A DNA stretch of 64,000 bases, taken from the NCBI GenBank assembly GCA_024743115.1, contig JANSXC010000002.1:38207-102206 (forward strand), given 5' to 3'. This DNA comes from a bacterium (lineage in GTDB: Bacteria; Planctomycetota; UBA1135; UBA2386). Position 1 is the stretch's first letter. Each line of letters starts with the position of its first letter. This document shows, piece by piece, positions 30,075 to 38,489 of this stretch. Under the pieces are notes generated by a model. That model had not been told where the DNA came from. It made no database searches and worked only from the letters and a program-made list of their open reading frames with translations. The translations under genes were made by a program, and so were the position numbers.

Positions 30075-30385
30075 TCAGCGATGCACGGAGCTCGCGGGAT
30101 TGCTGACGCGGAACGGCGTCCCCGGAGAGAACGTGGCGGCTTGCCATACGATCTGGACGCCGAGTACCCAGGCGGGGCGTTCGGCGCCGGTAGTTGCCGG
30201 TGACGATCGGTGTGCTGCCCCGAGTCTGAACGGTGGCCTCGGCGAGCCAGAACGGGTCCTGGATACCCGGAAAGAACTTGGGCGCGTCCGGGAAGCCGAT
30301 GACGAGGGCACCGACTCACCGTTAGTCAGCTGGAGCGTAATCGTTGCCGAGCTGGCCGGTGAAGGCGTCGACGAACGGACCCCGG
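30075..30385 (-). pseudogene. Decayed tandem copy of the C-terminal module of the adjacent gene 30394..31530
   Basis: Revcomp translation gives ITLQLTNGES / VGALVIGFPDAPKFFPGIQDPFWLAEATVQ / LPAPNAP / WVLGVQIVWQAATFSPGTPFRVSNPA in different frames. These are collinear with NLGLQPGEMGVLFVGFPDQPEFFAGIPDPFWLESAAVQ...FPVPNLPWVLGVQIMWQGATYGLGTNLVRVSNPA of the intact gene. There are at least three frame changes and no start codon. Confidence 0.8.
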
Positions 30386-30393
30386 GTTCTCGA

Positions 30394-31530
30394 TCAGAAG
30401 AGCACGAGTGGCGCGGGGTTGCTGACCCGCACGAGGTTGGTGCCGAGGCCGTATGTGGCGCCCTGCCACATGATCTGCACGCCGAGAACCCAGGGTAGGT
30501 TCGGCACCGGGAACGAGCTGGTGAGCGCGGCGCCGCTGCCCGTCACCTGCACGGCTGCGGACTCGAGCCAGAACGGATCCGGAATGCCCGCGAAGAACTC
30601 GGGTTGATCGGGGAAGCCGACGAACAGCACGCCCATCTCGCCGGGCTGGAGGCCCAGGTTGCCGAATACGTTGCCCGTCGCGGGGGTCCTCCCGGTGGTG
30701 AGGGGCGGTACCCGGCGGGTCTCGACGGTGATGCCGGGTTCGACGGGGCCGGTCGAGCCCAGCAACTGGACGCTCGGATCGAAGACCGCGACACCGTCAC
30801 CGACCAGGCCGGGCTGAACGGTCGAGGCGTGCGATTGCAGCGTGGTGTCGAGGTTGAGAACGAGAGTGCTCTCGATCATGAATCCGACGCCGGTCGGGAA
30901 GGCGCTCGCGGGATTGCTGTCGAGGGTGCAGTCCGTCATGTGGACTCGGCTGCCGCCGATCCGGAAGCAGAAGTTTTCCGACGTCAGGTTGCAGTGATGC
31001 AGTGCGACGTTGCTGTTGTAGCTCTCGAGCGGCGACACGAAGAATCCGGCGCCGCGCAGGTCGCAGGCGCGGAGGTAGACGTGTTCGCAGTTCGTCGCCC
31101 GGACTCTGCCGCGTTGGATCGTCGAGGGCGAGTTCGTGCTGCAGTCCTCGATGAAGATCGGTCCGGCGGAGTCGCGGCAGCTGATCGCGACGCTGCCGAA
31201 CACGATGTCGAACCGGAAGCCGCGGATGCTGACGAACTGGGTCGGGCCGAGGTCGACGACTTCGATCGGCGGAAACTGGAACAGGTTGCCGAGCACGGAC
31301 ACGCCGGCCTCGGCGTCCACGGTGAGGCTCTTGCCGACGACGCGGAAGTTGTCGTAGGTGCCGGCGCGGACCCGGATCACGGCGCCATCCGGTGCGGCCG
31401 CCGTGGCCGTCGCGATCGAGGTGTAGTTCGTGCCGGGGCCGTTGCTGGCGTCGACGATGAACACCTGGGCGGGCAGGAACGCGGCGAGGAGCATTGCCGC
31501 CGCGAACGGGGAGACTGGGGGGCTGACCAT
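30394..31530 (-). CDS. Secreted right-handed beta-helix (pectin-lyase-fold-like) protein with shared C-terminal module
   Basis: The ORF is open to 31572. Internal ATG 31530 gives the signal peptide MVSPPVSPFAAAMLLAAFLPAQ and avoids overlap with the divergent gene. Repetitive beta-helix-like segments. C-terminal module ...WVLGVQIMWQGATYGLGTNLVRVSNPAPLVLF. Confidence 0.75.
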   Translation of the reverse strand: MVSPPVSPFAAAMLLAAFLPAQVFIVDASNGPGTNYTSIATATAAAPDGAVIRVRAGTYDNFRVVGKSLTVDAEAGVSVLGNLFQFPPIEVVDLGPTQFVSIRGFRFDIVFGSVAISCRDSAGPIFIEDCSTNSPSTIQRGRVRATNCEHVYLRACDLRGAGFFVSPLESYNSNVALHHCNLTSENFCFRIGGSRVHMTDCTLDSNPASAFPTGVGFMIESTLVLNLDTTLQSHASTVQPGLVGDGVAVFDPSVQLLGSTGPVEPGITVETRRVPPLTTGRTPATGNVFGNLGLQPGEMGVLFVGFPDQPEFFAGIPDPFWLESAAVQVTGSGAALTSSFPVPNLPWVLGVQIMWQGATYGLGTNLVRVSNPAPLVLF

Positions 31531-31547
31531 GTCGTAGAGTCTAGCGA

Positions 31548-32423
31548 ATGTTGCAGATCGTACGTTTGGCACTGGCCCTTGGCATGGTCGCTGCGTTGCT
31601 CACGGCGCAGGGCGAGGACTTCCGGATCCACGTGATCGGTGCGAGCGTGAGCGGTGGGTTCCGTGACGGGCCCGCGTTCGGTGCCAAGGAGCAGGGCGAC
31701 TCGGTGACCTTGCAGAAGGTGCTGCGCGGCTGGGCCGACGGTGAGGCGCGGGTCACGTCCCACAACACGATCGAGATGACGGCGTTCTTCACGAAGCCGC
31801 TCGCGATCGGGCGGCGGCAGGTCGATACGTTGAAGCGTCGCAAGCCCGGCCTGGTCGTAGCCGTCGACTTCCCGTTCTGGTTCGCCTACGGCTACGTTCG
31901 CGGTGAGGAACGTGAGGCTCGCCGCGAACGGCTTGCGGCCGGTCTCGCGATGCTCGCGGAGATCGAAGCGCCCGTGGTCATCGGCAACCTGCCCGACATG
32001 ACCGGCGCGGCGCGGCGAATGCTCAGTCCGCGCCAGATTCCCGGGGCGAAGCTGCTCGCCGAACTCAACGCGGACCTCGCGAAGTTCGCGGCCGAACGTG
32101 ACAACGTGCACGTGCTGCCGCTCGGCAAACTCGTCAAGCAGATGCGCGATGTCGGTATCGCGTTGCCGCTGGCGAGCGGGCCGCTACCGACGCCCAAGGG
32201 GGCGCTGCAGCAGGAAGATCGCCTGCACGCCAACCGGCTCGGGATGGCGTTCCTCGGTCACGAGCTGCAGCCGGTGTTGAAGAACCTACTGCCGAAGAAG
32301 CACGTGCTGCGCCAGGCGGACTGGAAGTTCGAAGACTTCGTCGAGGCGGCGGGGGCCGACGACGAACTCGAAGTGCTGGTCGAGGCGGCGAAGGCCGAGG
32401 CCAAGGCCGCCGGCGGCAAGTAG
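31548..32423 (+). CDS. Exported SGNH/GDSL-type hydrolase candidate
   Basis: 291-aa ORF with signal peptide ...MVAALLTAQ. Block I-like IHVIGASVSGGF and block V-like D-x-x-H (EDRLHAN). Confidence 0.65.
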   Translation: MLQIVRLALALGMVAALLTAQGEDFRIHVIGASVSGGFRDGPAFGAKEQGDSVTLQKVLRGWADGEARVTSHNTIEMTAFFTKPLAIGRRQVDTLKRRKPGLVVAVDFPFWFAYGYVRGEEREARRERLAAGLAMLAEIEAPVVIGNLPDMTGAARRMLSPRQIPGAKLLAELNADLAKFAAERDNVHVLPLGKLVKQMRDVGIALPLASGPLPTPKGALQQEDRLHANRLGMAFLGHELQPVLKNLLPKKHVLRQADWKFEDFVEAAGADDELEVLVEAAKAEAKAAGGK

Positions 32424-32427
32424 CCGG

Positions 32428-34500
32428 TCAGCTGCGTCGCCGTAGCAGTTCGAACCAGGGTTCGAGTTCGAGGAGCGGGGCGAGCTTGTCCGCGAGTAGG
32501 TCGCGTTGCCACTCGGGCAGCGCGAGATCGGTTTTCAACGCGCGGTTGCCGGTGTCGATCGCCGACTCCAGGTCGTCCAGTTCGACCGCGTGCAGGGCCG
32601 CGATCACGTACGGGCGCAGATCCGTCCGCAGGCGGTTGCAGTCCTTGGCGTGGACGAGAAGCTCGCGGACCAGCTGTCCGTTGTCTTCCAGTCGCTGCTT
32701 GTAGTCGCCTGCAGCTTCGTCGCCCCGTCGCGGCGTGTTGATCGTCTCGAGCGCGCTGAGGAACGTATGCTCCAGGCGACAGCGCGCCGCGCCCACCGGA
32801 TCGCCGCGCTGCTCCACCACGCGTTCGAGCCCCTTGAAGTGGCTCACGAGCTGCGCGCGGAGCACCTCGTGCGGTTGCACGGTCACGGCGGTGGTGGCTT
32901 CGTCGTAGCGGCGCAACATCATCAGCGAGATGCTGCGCAGGACCCGGAGTTCGGGGTGGTGGGGGTCGACGCGCAGGCCGGCTTCCGCGACCTGGCGCGC
33001 GTCTTCGAACTTGTCGTCGTTGGATAGGTTCGTGCCGAGCAGTCGCAGCAGCTCCGGGTCGTGTGGTCGCAGCTCGAGGGCCATCGCGGCCGCCTTCTGC
33101 GCGGCCTTGGCATTGCCCATCGCGGCGTGCTCCATCGCGAGCACCTGCAGCCAGCGAGGTTCCCACCACATCCATTGGTGCGCGGTCGCTGCATGCTCGG
33201 CCCGCGGAGTCTCGCCATGCTCGATCGCAGCCAGATAGGGGGCGAACGCCATGTGTGCGGCGATCGGCAGGGTGCCGAGGGTCAGCAGGAGGAGGCCGAG
33301 CGCTCGACGCAGCCAGAGTCGCCAGCTCTCGTGGTGCTGGGTCGAATGCGCGGTCGCGAGCGGCAGCAGTGCTGTCGCGATCGCCGGCGCGTTGCCGAGC
33401 GGGGAGCGCACGAGCATCAGCAGCAGCAGCACGAACAGCGGCACCAGCCGTTCCTTGTCGCGCTGGCCGCGTTGCAGCGCGAAGAGCATCGCGGCGAACA
33501 CGAACACGAGCGGCAGTCCTCCTTCGACCAGCAGTTCGAGCCAGTCGTCGTGCGCGGTGCGTACCTCGGAAGCGAACTTGCGGTGCTGACTCGAGAGGTC
33601 GATCTCTTCGGCCGAGCGGACACGTGGGTACTGCACCTGGAACTGGCCCGGGCCGAAGCCGAACAGCGGGCGTTCCTTCAGCAGCTCCGTGCAGCCTCGC
33701 GCGATTTCGTAGCGCACCTCGAGCGTGTGCGTGGCCCGCTTCTGCATCGCCTGCTCGGCCGTGAAGTCTTCGGCTGGCGGGCGGTCCGCCGTCGAGTCGA
33801 TTGCGAGCCCGATGCCGGCGCCGAGCAGCAGGATACCCGGCGCGATAACCGCGGCGATCCGGCGCCGCATGAGTGTCAGCAGCACGAAGCCGATCGCGGC
33901 GGCGACCATTCCCGAGCGCGAGCCGTTGACCACGAGGTAGCAGCCCGCGAGGCCGATGGCGGTAAGCGTGAGTCGCTGCCTGCGGGTCGGCAGCACCGCG
34001 ACCGCGATGACCGCGATCGCCATCCACTCCGACGCGACGTTGAGGTTGCCGAGGACGGCGACCGGTTCGAGCGCCGTGCCGTACCAGCCGATGTTCGCGA
34101 GGTCGAGTCGTTGGGTGATACCGAACACGGCGGTGGCGATCACCAGCGCGGCGAGCGGCGTCGCCAGGCTCATCGCCCCAGCCGCGCCGAGCCGCAGCAC
34201 GACGAACAGGCTGCCGAAGTGCGCGATGCGATACCACGCCTCCCAGGGCTGCAGCGATCGGGTGCTGATGAGCGCCGCGACGCCGAGGAACGCGAGGAAG
34301 GCCCAGACCGCGGGTTCGCCGTGCACGCGGGGCAGGCGCGGCAGCGCCAGCAGGACGGCGCCGGTGAGCGTGAGCAGCAGTCCGCGTCGGACCTGCTCGA
34401 AGTCGACCCAGTGCGGCGAGAACGGCAGGATCAGCAGCGCGAGGAACGCACCAACGAGCCACTTGGGGGCCGAGCCGATCGCCGCGCCGGGATCGCTCAT
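32428..34500 (-). CDS. O-antigen ligase (Wzy_C)-like polytopic membrane protein with C-terminal TPR-like repeats
   Basis: 690-aa ORF. Many TM helices plus a periplasmic loop (FGFGPGQFQVQYP...RTAHDDWLELLVEGGL) typical of Wzy_C/O-antigen-ligase proteins. The C-terminal ~270 aa are helical TPR-like repeats (ALELRPHDPELLRLLGTNL..., GLRVDPHHPEL...). Confidence 0.75.
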   Translation of the reverse strand: MSDPGAAIGSAPKWLVGAFLALLILPFSPHWVDFEQVRRGLLLTLTGAVLLALPRLPRVHGEPAVWAFLAFLGVAALISTRSLQPWEAWYRIAHFGSLFVVLRLGAAGAMSLATPLAALVIATAVFGITQRLDLANIGWYGTALEPVAVLGNLNVASEWMAIAVIAVAVLPTRRQRLTLTAIGLAGCYLVVNGSRSGMVAAAIGFVLLTLMRRRIAAVIAPGILLLGAGIGLAIDSTADRPPAEDFTAEQAMQKRATHTLEVRYEIARGCTELLKERPLFGFGPGQFQVQYPRVRSAEEIDLSSQHRKFASEVRTAHDDWLELLVEGGLPLVFVFAAMLFALQRGQRDKERLVPLFVLLLLMLVRSPLGNAPAIATALLPLATAHSTQHHESWRLWLRRALGLLLLTLGTLPIAAHMAFAPYLAAIEHGETPRAEHAATAHQWMWWEPRWLQVLAMEHAAMGNAKAAQKAAAMALELRPHDPELLRLLGTNLSNDDKFEDARQVAEAGLRVDPHHPELRVLRSISLMMLRRYDEATTAVTVQPHEVLRAQLVSHFKGLERVVEQRGDPVGAARCRLEHTFLSALETINTPRRGDEAAGDYKQRLEDNGQLVRELLVHAKDCNRLRTDLRPYVIAALHAVELDDLESAIDTGNRALKTDLALPEWQRDLLADKLAPLLELEPWFELLRRRS

Positions 34501-34549
34501 CGCGGCGTGACGGCTGGGCGATAAGGGCGGGCGGACCGGAGGCGACGCA

Positions 34550-35464
34550 TCAGGAGTCCTCGAAGCGCAGGATCGCGTCGATGTAGCTTTCGACGTCGAA
34601 CGGCTCGAGATCTTCCATGCCTTCGCCGACGCCGAGGAACTTCACCGGCACCGGCAGCACGTCGCGAATGCCGAACACCGCGCCGCCCTTCGCCGTGCCG
34701 TCCATCTTGGACAGCACGAGGCCGGAGATCGGTGCGGCCTTGGCGAACTCGCTGGCTTGCCGGATGGCGTTCTGGCCGGTCGTACCGTCGATGACGAGCA
34801 ACGTCTCGTGCGGCGCGTCGGGCAGCTGCTTCTGCACGACCCGCACGATCTTCTCGAGTTCGGTCATCAGGTTCTTCTGCGTGTGCAGGCGACCGGCCGT
34901 GTCGAGCACGAGGTAGTCGACGTTGCGGGCGATCGCGGCGGCGACGGCGTCGAATGCCACCGCTGCGGGATCCGCGCCCGTGCTCTGCTTGATGATCGGG
35001 ATCTCGAGGCGGTCGGCCCACGTCGTGAGCTGCTCGACCGCGGCGGCGCGGAACGTGTCGCCGGCGCCGACCATGACCGAGTTGCCCTGTGACTTGAAGT
35101 GGCAGGCCAGCTTGGCGATCGACGTGGTCTTGCCGGAGCCGTTGACGCCAACGACGAGGATCACGGTCGGCTTGCTCGGAGCGCGCGTGAGCGGCGCCGA
35201 GGCGCCCGCGAGGATGGTCTGCAGCCGTTCGCGCAGGAAGCCGGGCACCGCCTCGGTGTCGCGGATCTCCTTCTTGCGATAGGCCGCCTTGAGGTCGTCG
35301 ACGACGCGCGTGCCGAGCGGCCCGAGGTCGGCCTGGTAGAGCAACTCCTCGAGCTCGTCGAGCAGATCCTCGTCGAGTTGACGGCCCGAGAACAGGCGGG
35401 ACAGGCCCTTTGCGAGAACCTCGCGCGTCTTCTTGAGCGCGCCGAACAGCTTGCCGAACACCAT
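34550..35464 (-). CDS. ftsY: Signal recognition particle receptor FtsY
   Basis: 304-aa ORF. NG-domain motifs VVGVNGSGKTTSIAKLA, DTAGRLH, SKMDGTAKGG. Confidence 0.95.
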   Translation of the reverse strand: MVFGKLFGALKKTREVLAKGLSRLFSGRQLDEDLLDELEELLYQADLGPLGTRVVDDLKAAYRKKEIRDTEAVPGFLRERLQTILAGASAPLTRAPSKPTVILVVGVNGSGKTTSIAKLACHFKSQGNSVMVGAGDTFRAAAVEQLTTWADRLEIPIIKQSTGADPAAVAFDAVAAAIARNVDYLVLDTAGRLHTQKNLMTELEKIVRVVQKQLPDAPHETLLVIDGTTGQNAIRQASEFAKAAPISGLVLSKMDGTAKGGAVFGIRDVLPVPVKFLGVGEGMEDLEPFDVESYIDAILRFEDS

Positions 35465-35481
35465 GGGGTCGGCGACAGGTC

Positions 35482-36000
35482 TTACGCGCCCGCGCTGCTG
35501 GAATCCATGTCGCCCTGCTCAGGCGGCGGGGCGGGCGAGTTCGCGGCCGGTTTCGCCTGCTTCTGTTCCTGCTCCAGATCGATGCGCACCCGATCGAGGA
35601 TGCCGTTCACGAAACCGCCCGAGTTGGCGGTCGAGAACTTCTTGGCGAGGTCGATCGCCTCGTTGATCGCGACCTTCGGGGGCACCTCGTTGCAGTGCGC
35701 CAACTCGAAGATTGCCATGCGCAGCACGTTGCGGTCGATGTTCGCCATCCGCCGCAGGTCCCAGTTCCGCGTCACCGACTGCAGCCGGCTGTCGATCTCC
35801 TCGCGGCGCTCGACCGTGCCCTCCACGAGTCGCGTGGCAAACTTCGCGACGTCCGCGTCGCCCTGGGCCTCGTCGAGACACAGATCCGCGACGGGGCGAC
35901 CGAACTCCTGCAGATACTCGGCGCCGCGCAGGTCGACCTGGAAGAGAATCTGCATCGCGATTTCGCGAGCGCGAGTGCGTCGGCGGGTGGGGGCGGTCAT
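35482..36000 (-). CDS. nusB: Transcription antitermination factor NusB
   Basis: The ORF is open to 36099. ATG 36000 precedes RTRAREIAMQILFQVDL. C-terminal INEAIDLAKKFS...GFVNGILDRV is typical of NusB. Confidence 0.9.
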   Translation of the reverse strand: MTAPTRRRTRAREIAMQILFQVDLRGAEYLQEFGRPVADLCLDEAQGDADVAKFATRLVEGTVERREEIDSRLQSVTRNWDLRRMANIDRNVLRMAIFELAHCNEVPPKVAINEAIDLAKKFSTANSGGFVNGILDRVRIDLEQEQKQAKPAANSPAPPPEQGDMDSSSAGA

Positions 36001-36054
36001 GGCAAGGAACGGCCGGTCGGGGCGACCGGGAATCGGAAGCCTAGCACGTTCGGT

Positions 36055-36140
36055 GGGGGAGGCAACTGCTCCCACGCGCTTGCGTGTGGGGGCAGGCAAC
36101 TGCTCCTGGACGCATGAGGCCAGGAGCAGGCAACTGCTCC
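36055..36140. repeat. Three copies of GGCAACTGCTCC spaced exactly 34 bp apart, each within a hairpin-forming ~18-mer
   Basis: Copies at 36061, 36095 and 36129, in the 147-bp ribH-nusB spacer. Copy 3 is a perfect 7-bp stem (GGAGCAG GCAA CTGCTCC, 36123..36140). An alternative stem, CTCCTGG (36103-09) / CCAGGAG (36120-26), bridges copies 2 and 3. Confidence 0.8.
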
Positions 36141-36147
36141 GGTGCGC

Positions 36148-36621
36148 TCAGCTGCCGTTCGCCAGCTCGCTCCGCAGATTGCCCATTGCCAATGCGGCTT
36201 GGGCCGCGTCGATCCCCTTGTTGCCGGCGTCGCCGCCCGCCCGAGCGAGCGCGAGTTCCATCGTGCCACACGTCAGCACCCCGAATCCGACCGGCACGCC
36301 GGCTTCCCCGAGCCGCATCGCACCGTCGCTGACCGCGTGGCAGACGTAGTCGTAGTGGTCGGTCTCGCCGCGGACGACGGCGCCGAGCATCACGACGGCG
36401 TCGAAGCGCCCCGTGCGCCAGAGCATGCCGCAGGCCGCCGGCAGTTCGAACGCACCCGGCACCCAGACGGCCTCGATGTCGGCCTCGGCCACGCCCGCTG
36501 CGGTCAGCGCCTGGTTGGCACCGGCCAACAGCTGCTCGGTCACGACCTCGTTGAAGCGCGCCACTGCGATTCCGATGCGCCGGCCGCTCCCCGCCAGGGA
36601 GCCACGGTTTTGGTTGACCAT
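36148..36621 (-). CDS. ribH: 6,7-dimethyl-8-ribityllumazine synthase (RibH)
   Basis: The ORF is open to 36678; ATG 36621 is preferred. Motifs RIGIAVARFNEVVTEQLLAGA, VPGAFELP, VVRGETDHYDYVC. Confidence 0.92.
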   Translation of the reverse strand: MVNQNRGSLAGSGRRIGIAVARFNEVVTEQLLAGANQALTAAGVAEADIEAVWVPGAFELPAACGMLWRTGRFDAVVMLGAVVRGETDHYDYVCHAVSDGAMRLGEAGVPVGFGVLTCGTMELALARAGGDAGNKGIDAAQAALAMGNLRSELANGS

Positions 36622-36661
36622 GCGGGGCACGGTAGCGTGAAATCCCGCCGGCTCCACTGCG

Positions 36662-37084
36662 TTGCCGCCCGTTCTCATGCTGGTCCAGACCCCCGTCGAT
36701 TCGCCGTCCGCCGTGCCGTTCTGGATCGCGTTCGTGGCGACACTCGTTTGCGTGGTCGGAGCGTTGGTCTCGGGCTATCGGTGCCGCCGGCGGTTGCACC
36801 TCGTGTTCGGCCCGGCTGCCATGGTCGCGCTGGCGTTCGCGATCGTCTTCACCGAGCAGCTCGTGCGGCGATACGAGTTCCCGCGCGAGAACCTGGACTT
36901 TCACCTGGTCTTCGCGAAGTCGGCCGCGGCGCTGGCGTTGCCCGTCATCATCACGGGCATCGTGCTGCTGTTCCGCCCGAAGGTGCGCAAGTTGCACCTC
37001 GTCTGCGTCTGGGTCTGGCTCGCCGCGACGCTCGTTGCGACGGGAACGGGCTTTTGGATGTTTTCGACGGGCACGCTGCGCTGA
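36662..37084 (+). CDS. Small integral membrane protein, function unknown
   Basis: 140-aa ORF (TTG 36662 or ATG 36677) with about four hydrophobic helices. No overlapping better-supported gene. Confidence 0.55.
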   Translation: MPPVLMLVQTPVDSPSAVPFWIAFVATLVCVVGALVSGYRCRRRLHLVFGPAAMVALAFAIVFTEQLVRRYEFPRENLDFHLVFAKSAAALALPVIITGIVLLFRPKVRKLHLVCVWVWLAATLVATGTGFWMFSTGTLR

Positions 37085-37115
37085 GTTGCGCAGCGGATCG
37101 GGCGCCCCGAGAACA

Positions 37116-38357
37116 TCAGCGCACGAGCGTGTGCAGCCCGTTCGTCGCGGACACGCCGAATGCGCCGCCGTTGTCGAGGTAGAAGCTCTGCGAGTAGATG
37201 TTGAGTCCGTTGAACACCGGGTCCAGCGGCAGGAACAGCGGCAGGTTCCAGGCGCCCGTGCCGTCGAGGATGTGGAAGTAGCTGTTGGTGACGTCGATCA
37301 GTAGCTGACCGTTCAGGAACGGGATCGAGTTGGGCGTGAAGCCGACGGCGAGCAGGCCCGAGGCGCCGGCGGGGCCGTTTTGGATGTCGATCGCCATCAG
37401 GTTGCCGCGGCCGGCGCAGCCACTGCCCGTGATCGTCGGCACGCCGTTCGTGCCCGGGATGCCGTTGCCGTAGTTCACGAAGCTGCCGCAGACGCCGAAG
37501 CCCGTTACGCGCACGACGCGGTTGCCGGCACCGAACGTCGAGAAGAACAAGTCGCCCGTGACCGGGTCCGTGCAGGCGCCCTCGGTCTGGCTGAGGCCTG
37601 TGAGTAATGGACGGCGAGTGTTGGGAATCGGGTTGCCGGCCTGATCCAGGTCGTAGAGCGCCACCGTGCCGGCGCTGTACTCACTGACGATCACCGTCGT
37701 GTAGTCCGGGATCAGCGCGGAGCCGGGTGGCGCGTAGAGGTAGCCCTCGGGGCCACCCTGGATCGTGACCGGGCCGTTGGCGGCTGTCAGATCGAAGGTG
37801 CCGTTGCCGTCCGGGGTCACCGTGAAGCCGTACACCGCCGAGAAGTTGTACGACACCACCTTGAGTTGTCCGGCGCCGGGGAAGTTGGCTGGCACGAAGT
37901 TGCCCGTGCCGGTCGAGGACAGGACCCCGAAGCTGCTCAGGGTGATCCATTTATCGGGGCTGCTGCTACCCGGCTTGATCTGGCCGAGTCGGTTGTCGCT
38001 GTAGGTCGTGAAGCAGAGCACGTTGCCTGGCCCGTAGAACAAGCCACCGTCGATCCGCGGCGCGGTTGCGACCATCGTCGCGGTGCCGGAGAACCCGGTC
38101 ACGAAGCCGGAGGCATCACGGACGACATCGACCTCGTAGATCGCGGCGCCGCTGCCGTTGGCATTGCCGCCGATGAGGAGCTTCGACGGATCGCCGGCCT
38201 TGAAGACGATGCCCCCGTAGTTCGTCGGCACACCCGGAACCGAACCGAGGTCGGTCCAGGAGTAGACCGTGTCGTAGGGCGGTTGCAGTTGCTGAGCAGT
38301 GAGCGTGGAGGCCAGCAGCAGCGTGCCGGCGGCGAGGGTCAGGGGATGGCGCGTCAT
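37116..38357 (-). CDS. Secreted beta-propeller-like protein with shared C-terminal module
   Basis: 413-aa ORF with signal peptide ...LLLASTLTAQ. Gly/Thr/Asn-rich beta-repeat body. The tail ...FNGLNIYSQSFYLDNGGAFGVSATNGLHTLVR matches the shared module. Confidence 0.75.
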   Translation of the reverse strand: MTRHPLTLAAGTLLLASTLTAQQLQPPYDTVYSWTDLGSVPGVPTNYGGIVFKAGDPSKLLIGGNANGSGAAIYEVDVVRDASGFVTGFSGTATMVATAPRIDGGLFYGPGNVLCFTTYSDNRLGQIKPGSSSPDKWITLSSFGVLSSTGTGNFVPANFPGAGQLKVVSYNFSAVYGFTVTPDGNGTFDLTAANGPVTIQGGPEGYLYAPPGSALIPDYTTVIVSEYSAGTVALYDLDQAGNPIPNTRRPLLTGLSQTEGACTDPVTGDLFFSTFGAGNRVVRVTGFGVCGSFVNYGNGIPGTNGVPTITGSGCAGRGNLMAIDIQNGPAGASGLLAVGFTPNSIPFLNGQLLIDVTNSYFHILDGTGAWNLPLFLPLDPVFNGLNIYSQSFYLDNGGAFGVSATNGLHTLVR

Positions 38358-38489
38358 GGTTGGGAAGCTTGGGTGCAGAGATCAGCCTAGCAGCCGAACT
38401 CACGCGATGTCCGGCAGGGTTGTGCGGCAGGTCCCCGAGCGAACCGCCGGAGTTTTTCCAGTTTTCCGCCGATCGGCTATGACGCTCCC

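Noticed and set aside
32258-36997. Long ORFs (734, 487, 416 and 318 aa) overlapping the Wzy-like, ftsY, nusB and ribH genes
   Set aside because: Shadow ORFs. They span several unrelated well-supported genes and have poly-Arg/Pro/Gly composition.
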